Below, one piece after another: positions 62,801 to 64,000 of a DNA stretch of 64,000 nt; positions within the stretch are counted from its first letter, which is position 1; each line of letters begins with the position of its first letter. The position numbers and the translations under genes were made by a program. The stretch covers positions 54,291 through 118,290 of the forward strand of contig JAFUYT010000026.1 of assembly GCA_017470425.1 (NCBI GenBank), read 5' to 3'. The notes under the pieces were generated by a model. The model saw only the letters and a list, made by a program, of their open reading frames with translations. It searched no databases and had not been told where the DNA came from. This stretch comes from Bacteroidaceae bacterium. GTDB taxonomy: Bacteria; Bacteroidota; Bacteroidia; Bacteroidales; Bacteroidaceae.

Positions 62801-64000
62801 AGCGGTGGCCACGTCATGCGCAACATCTTCGGTGGCGGCTACTACGCCTCCGTGGGTAAGGGCAACTATGCCGGCGGTGCCGATGACTACTTCACAAGCG
62901 GCTTCGGCGAGACGCTCACCGGCAACCTGTGGACCAGTGAAACGGTGGCTGCCGGTTTGCCCGACAGCGAACGCGACAACGCCTGGCACTTCCTCAACAG
63001 CGGTCTGACCACCGTCACCGTGACGGACGGCACCGTGGGTACGCCCGACGGCACCTACGACGGCAACGCTACCGGGCAGATCTATGGCGGCAGCCGCGGT
63101 GCGGCAGCCATGGACTTAGGCACCACGGAGTTGGGTTCCCATCCCCGTTACGAATTTACCCCTGACTTCTATCTGGGCTATACTAATCAGACCAGTGTCA
63201 CCATCGGTGATGCCGAACACGCTCCCACCATCTATGGCTCTGTCTATGGCGGTGGCCGTGACGGACTGGTGCGCCGCCACGCCCATGTCACCATCAACAA
63301 CGGTACCATCGGACTGGCATACAGCAGTAGTGATGCTTACCGTCGTGACCGCGGCAACGTCTATGGCTCGGGCTCGGGCCTCAGCACATGGGACGGTACG
63401 CACCATGGCACGTCGTCCGGCACCATTGCCTACAACACGACCGTCACCATCAACGGCGGTACCATCCACCAGAATGTCTATGGTGGCGGTGCCATGGCCA
63501 GCGTCGGTCCCCCGCTGTTCGGCGACGACTATGCCAGCAAAGCGCAGTCGCTCTGCACAGTCAACATCAATGGTGGCACCATCGGTTCGACAACAGACCA
63601 CGACACCAATAAATATGGCGGCAATGTCTTCGGCTCCAGCCGAGGTGGCGATTTCGCCGCAGGTGAGTCGCCCGAAGTGCTGGCCACCACGCTCTGGACA
63701 CAGGTCAACGTCAATGGTGGCACCATCGCCGGCAATGTCTATGGCGGTGGTGAGGCTGGTATCGTGCGCAAGAGCGCTGAGGTCAACCTGAAGGGTGGCG
63801 AAATCAAGCACACTGCCTACGGCGGTGGCCAGGGTACGACGGCCATTGCAGCCAATGTGGGCGGCAACACTACCGTGCTGCTGAATCAAGGCGTAGCTGC
63901 CACTGCCAAGGGTTGTATCGTGGATAAAATCTTCGGTTGCAACGACCAGAACGGCACGCCGAAGGGTCATGCCCTCGTACATGTCTATGCCACGCAGAAT
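47867..64000 (+). CDS. Giant secreted surface protein 2 (at least 5378 aa, open at the window end): signal peptide, CHB_HEX_C-like YTxDG(T/S)xPT motifs, GLUG-like repeats, very long YGGG-repeat beta-helix-like region
   Basis: Not in the ORF track because there is no stop. I translated frame 2 by hand from 47822 to 64000 and saw no stop. None of the listed + ORFs in this span is in that frame. MSWAVVSLHTLCAVMMMLCFGTTRAWGQ is a signal-like N-terminus. Other motifs are VRYTVDGTTPTASSP and IYYTLDGTDPTTSTP, then YTGGIVGRL..EVGGIVGYN (GLUG-like, about 51.9-52.1 kb). The exact start is uncertain (in-frame ATGs also at 47711, 47723 and 47774). Confidence 0.8.
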   Translation, partial: MSWAVVSLHTLCAVMMMLCFGTTRAWGQVADGVYYIQYSGNSYYLWPTAPTSSGWPCLTSFSGTDVPETGLDYNFGAFDSSYCTWIVVTDGDYQNIINARYGKYVIWLSNGNAGRNVVLEDNGQDPSTGQTRADATRAQFNITGTGNKVLVKPYTGSNSFNIKGSHYDYITAFQNVVGSNQSLLQFSTSNNEWTFTEHKLAAPTISCPEGTATVTDNVGLPAGYNVRYTVDGTTPTASSPILPVGGYEVSDVCTMKAVIERYGVVLTAVASQEVEPSVRKPGFTLSADGSVTITAETGQTIYYTLDGTDPTTSTPTSATMSKTIPEADVQSATAIKAIAYDSGEDLSSGVATQSLASYNYQIVNRSSAVGVSLSVKRAVGAPLSSYTSIPAAIRSEYISDETVRFYTFGGDFAAANLIEENRITQTPESAANIYVTYTTEHLSEKFLPLTIANSYNIKAGGEYLYYTGSALGTISDAATSKTDNEYIWNITGEDPYNMVLRNIGASQYFRYDGSTRSLNASSQPFILKGTANHATITTGVVAEDVTLRTIDGAELTLKVNTVVLPLSFTLIDKAGKVIKAGITYEGSFALPTAWRSPLVSQYKYYKKYSTLTAGVYAFDEEDRITEVGQRESNVIYVTYDVNDLLDLDGRNLLGAVGKEGGKTYMLKFASGTAFNQENGSDGVMDAARTPVYPYSNGDAHLYVYGEERWQEQLASGASTRARWLWYLEPAGGQLDPYHVRISSYSTQTSYKDTEAGTTTNFHSYLRTYKPEGYASVVTGVTNDNPLAHGGVEGGPADKSDATEYMLIGTSLGSLKLITTSEIDGAPANSVAAYGMRQTVNSFEQYWKNNPTAYNIIKDATGAGVLEGTSVNADLPSDQQAALTAKGWHVYSAWANAADWSSNSKLSKHVGDGKHWFQTVAMGDGSMTFVDTELATMLILLDQHGWEIARVHLPSGPTDPNRAARYREIHKYSSPMVARYHFWKTGSKVPGYHKYKVSDYATVSDVDLTEYTADELGREDITVKAPNLPNYETQAKVGNAERDWYVTYDVKPEYANAYGALPTSAGSASPFLLKQGGKYAKINGTSIDKESSADLENTAYHWFLKPNFEIDEEMGYLYDVEDEGGTPISKDDTNQGYYDDGKAGFDPYNLQIQSVANTARYFTANTSGSTPSSGVWAGTSSAITLENLGTQQAHVMGHDQADMNITNATFMVVDDGNGNMRLMPRFDHGVVMDLFTGLAGQDAKAPEGDDGAADQSLAIELVPKVVHNSSEMGAMGGTYVLASDFTSTAPIGTATNPFVGSIDGQLNPIALSNPLVAYADGAVIKNVIVESATISGGNDEDDVGAICCAATGDTRIYNCGILSGSVSGTRYTGGIVGRLADYSRVINCYSYANITGGSEVGGIVGYNVFASTAANLHTMVMNCMFYGNISGATTVAPVYGGQNINNLKSGGLNTFNYYAYDILKGSTINKYNCALGVEEKFLTRFEFYRQLLNSNHPLAAYYATGSKDNADEMAKWVLETADRSISNPKPYPVLRAKETGRKDPSIINYDITNAPDSVTVGRNHGGKLGKTLSVTISGVGTGAPDGASITAVSPLSLQRTDKDFDRFNFNYDKVQLPYYNDVGTGNYTKNKVVTGWKITGFTGGTAGTYTVGDVWGGYNFADRKSTNKDLYGTGGSNRVFSQGAYFDVPYGVTGITIEPYWGTAAYVSDEYMDVVHDTGYGVENVTQLGHHYGVNKTKVSINGDLQEVHTSISSAVGTLSGATVYDNAVVLVGNVHQGASPSTGATPFTLMSADLDFDNEPDNSLILSHNGRDNGTVSPIRFDFLNVPGIAMAQKPNGATSFRNVSIYKPKGWFEVTNTCNIYFVQFECDNGGKSAAPVILLGGLYDQFVSTQKSNPGTNTSYIHIGGNAWFKDFGNGTHSDGANFTPHIPVSVTGGDFEGFYLSGTYKPDAAVKADNAECYISGGRFIEVAGAAQQQVNGNVQWQIYNADITDFYGGGVNADKPVTGNITIDITGSHVGTFCGGPKFGNMATGKEVTTRAVGCTFDYFFGAGYGGISYNRVRTQDATSPNFSSWQGNYTGNRGKYLSGNKGVATDFDYEFFVWSTGATGGRFYVKYSSLSTAQTKNVSSTLTGCLINRHFYGGGKLGNVDGTATSVLNGCTVEGNVFGGGYSAEHPTVPIRSGGFATVPKIDTNAGVFDMGEMTATEDYTLVAGTLVNNQSAINATAKTIITDVDLNSLGQVTHADLTISGNTIVRGKIFDENGDIIETTGGVFGGGDMSAVNGNTRVDVQNTEDTEGILNVFGGGNTADVVGNTEVFLTAGTVLQDVYGGGKGQTTIVGGDVVVNIGTKTGESAPYTYTGTATVNGSVYGGSAFGAVNTTGGQTVVNLYGCTSVSNVYGGGLGQLATGTPGDPGYVAAIAAQNFGNTSVNMESAAAESATVKFSNVTGAIYGGANVNGVLKQDATVTLLGGTVGTVPGEGERTKDVVFGGGKGEPTLVEGNVTVNIGTKTGEVYAGNATINGSVYGGSALGNTNAESSSSYHTDKTTTVNLFGGTIYGDAYGGGLGQKNSVNGAMSDIVSYVGGDVLVLLDGAKITGNVFGCNNLNGTPKGHVKVWVMRTNNITSNEYKGNSATALSGRTTYDVAAVYGGGNQADYDPTDAHIVLDKEDPKYEEKLANFNGAFAEVLIEGCAETSIQYVYGGGNAAAVPATEITINSCYIIDQVFGGGNGAGTGNPGANVGIYDNNGTPTDYGTGIAKTKLIGGQIHYVYGGSNTLGNVRGGTSLERKESNTCELKIGEIYGAGQVAPMDGDVNIELDCMPEEFVEAVYGGAKNATINGNVSLTVRSGKFGRVFGGNNLGGSINGSITVNAYEGGCDPLIIGELYGGGYNAPYSIYGCNDDDEDGIWTPNAEAGEPHVVQDAEHPAVGVYVWSCTSIGKVFGGGYGATADVVGNTRVWINLQKGRVNEVEQDHIGKIGQVFGGGNMGKVKGNVSIEIGTETSSEDIGVNIIDGDDYLKPDGSSISIEAGIYGGGNEADVDGDVALHIGTENQKIDGDPSVTIEGDIFGGGYGEATTVTGNVEVNIGKDNAGTPVGYANITGDVYGGSAKGKVNATKGVSPAFSATAGKETHVNFYGGSITGNIYGGGLGDNVGSHAADVYGPVTVTVEGGSVTNVFGCNNVLGSPKSTAAVTFNGGTVAENIYGGGKDAAYDTGDSSTGSVSVTLNGGTVAHAVFGGGLGETAVVNGATTVTLNGGTVENTVYGGGSLGDVTGAVTVALNGGTVSHDVYGGGALASTNTEYTAGSAPANTYVTNVTLAGATVTGDVYGGGLGQLAAAAVLYTAEDAEVIAGTKSVGDVKTPATTAVAANVGGPVTVTVTNGSATNVYGCNNVNGAPQQTVAVVIGTKTGASAPYTYGGTGIISGSVYGGGNVAAYTGNPTVTLYGGTVNTNVFGGGLGATAIVTGNTAVTMEGGTVRNDVYGGGSQADVTGSVAVTIAGGTVTNDVYGGGALANTNTANWDEANLSTTYEKITATLTTGVSDVAGLYKKDGVNYIIQGANATAEGGAEYYRRFDTAWAEGKTSASNTTTVILIGGTIGNVFGGGLGNDETPVYVYGDVTVHLNNATERTTYGGTGASFTREIAQNIVVAGTNYPTIPTTGKIFGANNFNGSPKGNVTVEIWATKRVDGKAHVLGEYEVHGVYGGGNLADYLPATAKETKVIIHGCDETSIEYVYGGGNSASVPSTDVTIYGSFDIGYAFGGGNGSKPVKNSAGTWVANGGAMVTGDANISARGGRIGQVFGGSDAKGDILGNSNADITTTTDQECSLTLTRFFGAGNEANVAGDVNLILSGCASDNIQFVHGGSYNAHITGNVNLTITSGYYTNVFGGNDARGSIGGNITVNIEETDACKPIVIQNLIGGGNEAPYPGKKKDGTEYSEPGKVTVNIKSATRIDKVYGGGYKADVKGDTEVNINMMKGSMANTELTRPASYTGETIPNVHITEGKTYINDAIGTIGDVFGGGNEGNVIGSTTVNIGTASTIKILKRVGGNAGGALIDASDRPVYDGEGKIIKDGDVPRTVAEVDADVLGAHITGDVFGGGNLAYVTGNTTVNISTVDLSDKEDVKIDSGSVYGGGSQADVHGNTTVTMSGGYVFNGIFGGGLAGSVGTFTRDYGQTIDGFDHSTHTCIGKPTDCADGTGKCTVVVNGGQIGPVTVATQGMTRAAASGGPVAEGWVWGGGCGMMEDPAVDPDTHFKTYVGSTDVTIGGSAFILESIIGGGEFGRVLGNTLVKIEGGQIGVGENSLDGSGNPKPYSEDLWEAAAAAITSGNADDIATVAAQMPECSHFDYGRDTNSDGVKDEFVVYDPYYEDPQYASTHIGPASTSNPSDGHTWIGCVFGGGSGYMPYKKADGTGYDWHPSAGLVEGNTEVRITGGHILTNVYGGNEYTDVVGSCTVTMSGGTIGVPRTLPQIANHPVTCYLFGGGKGDQRTHFNKMTNVGSTNVTVSGGIIYGSVFGGAEDGHVLGNAAVTISGGTIGTWGTSYVDGNVFGGGRGFSGESLTAGSIGGNVDVTISGGTMLGSIYGGGRMAAVGIDFTPVSDPSYGQLVDEEDGGPTHGHVTVNITGGTIGRDFGTTPPEGAEHSGNVFGGSMGRNTLLNGSINELWPKIGVVKVTDVSISGTADIKRSVYGGSEFSVVRNRATVNILGGTVGGSVYGGGYGSDDHATRTVITAGGYASIPTIYYTFTPMVWNGCVSGNTHVNISGGTVKKNVYGGGYLASVGLINFNSDAAGNFNYVKKHEDLSNSFALSWPYEHQYIAAAPNDAASVDGGAGVEGAGIGGKATVTITGGHIGDTTDNTTGYVFGGSKGKTMERYAEAACANVRETEVNIRYSSTASDLSSADCIQGAVYGGGEDGHVYENAVVNITGGLIGMSVYGGGKGITPYAGKKRNTTAPYAEVDAEINSWTAGKVYGNATVTMSGGHVMRNIFGGGYYASVGKGNYAGGADDYFTSGFGETLTGNLWTSETVAAGLPDSERDNAWHFLNSGLTTVTVTDGTVGTPDGTYDGNATGQIYGGSRGAAAMDLGTTELGSHPRYEFTPDFYLGYTNQTSVTIGDAEHAPTIYGSVYGGGRDGLVRRHAHVTINNGTIGLAYSSSDAYRRDRGNVYGSGSGLSTWDGTHHGTSSGTIAYNTTVTINGGTIHQNVYGGGAMASVGPPLFGDDYASKAQSLCTVNINGGTIGSTTDHDTNKYGGNVFGSSRGGDFAAGESPEVLATTLWTQVNVNGGTIAGNVYGGGEAGIVRKSAEVNLKGGEIKHTAYGGGQGTTAIAANVGGNTTVLLNQGVAATAKGCIVDKIFGCNDQNGTPKGHALVHVYATQN

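Noticed and set aside
51134-63982. Long minus-strand ORFs (685, 309, 283, 223, 512, 381 and 288 aa, among others) in 51-64 kb.
   Set aside because: They are antisense shadows of giant gene 2, whose + frame is open for 16 kb. They have the same compositional signature as above.

Overview
High-GC (about 55-62%) chromosomal segment that looks Bacteroidota/Bacteroidales-like. The basis is TAnnTTTG -7 promoter boxes, a tig-clpP-clpX-recQ gene order, type V pilin-like lipoproteins and a T9SS-type C-terminal domain. Positions 1-22.6 kb are housekeeping genes: guaB (partial), recQ, clpX, clpP, tig, lptB, an mlaE/mlaF-like pair, an initiator-like tRNA-Met, tetR, fabG, an rluA-family gene, tRNA-Ser(UGA), valS, mazG, metY-like, cysK, and a minus-strand aromatic operon (pheA, aminotransferase, DAHP synthase/chorismate mutase, tyrA). 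That operon is preceded by a previously hidden 18-codon aromatic-rich leader peptide with a terminator/antiterminator. Positions 23.2-64 kb are an accessory surface-structure locus on the + strand. It holds a DUF3575-like outer-membrane protein, a DUF5119/Mfa2-like lipoprotein, an AT-rich 125-128 bp tandem array split by a GxxExxY gene, four fimbrillin-like lipoproteins with a truncated Bro-N gene between two of them, and two tandem giant YGGG-repeat (beta-helix-like) surface proteins. The first giant protein is 4165 aa and ends in a T9SS C-terminal domain. The second is at least 5378 aa, runs off the window end and is therefore missing from the ORF track. The window is also rich in small repeats. 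These include a roughly 110 bp MITE-like palindromic element inserted in frame in both valS and mazG, a 9-bp in-frame microsatellite in the aminotransferase, 7-, 8- and 10-bp periodic intergenic spacers, 22-bp phased palindrome triplets at two loci, and a roughly 200 bp polypyrimidine tract. Most long ORFs in the track that lie antisense to these genes are GC-driven shadow ORFs.
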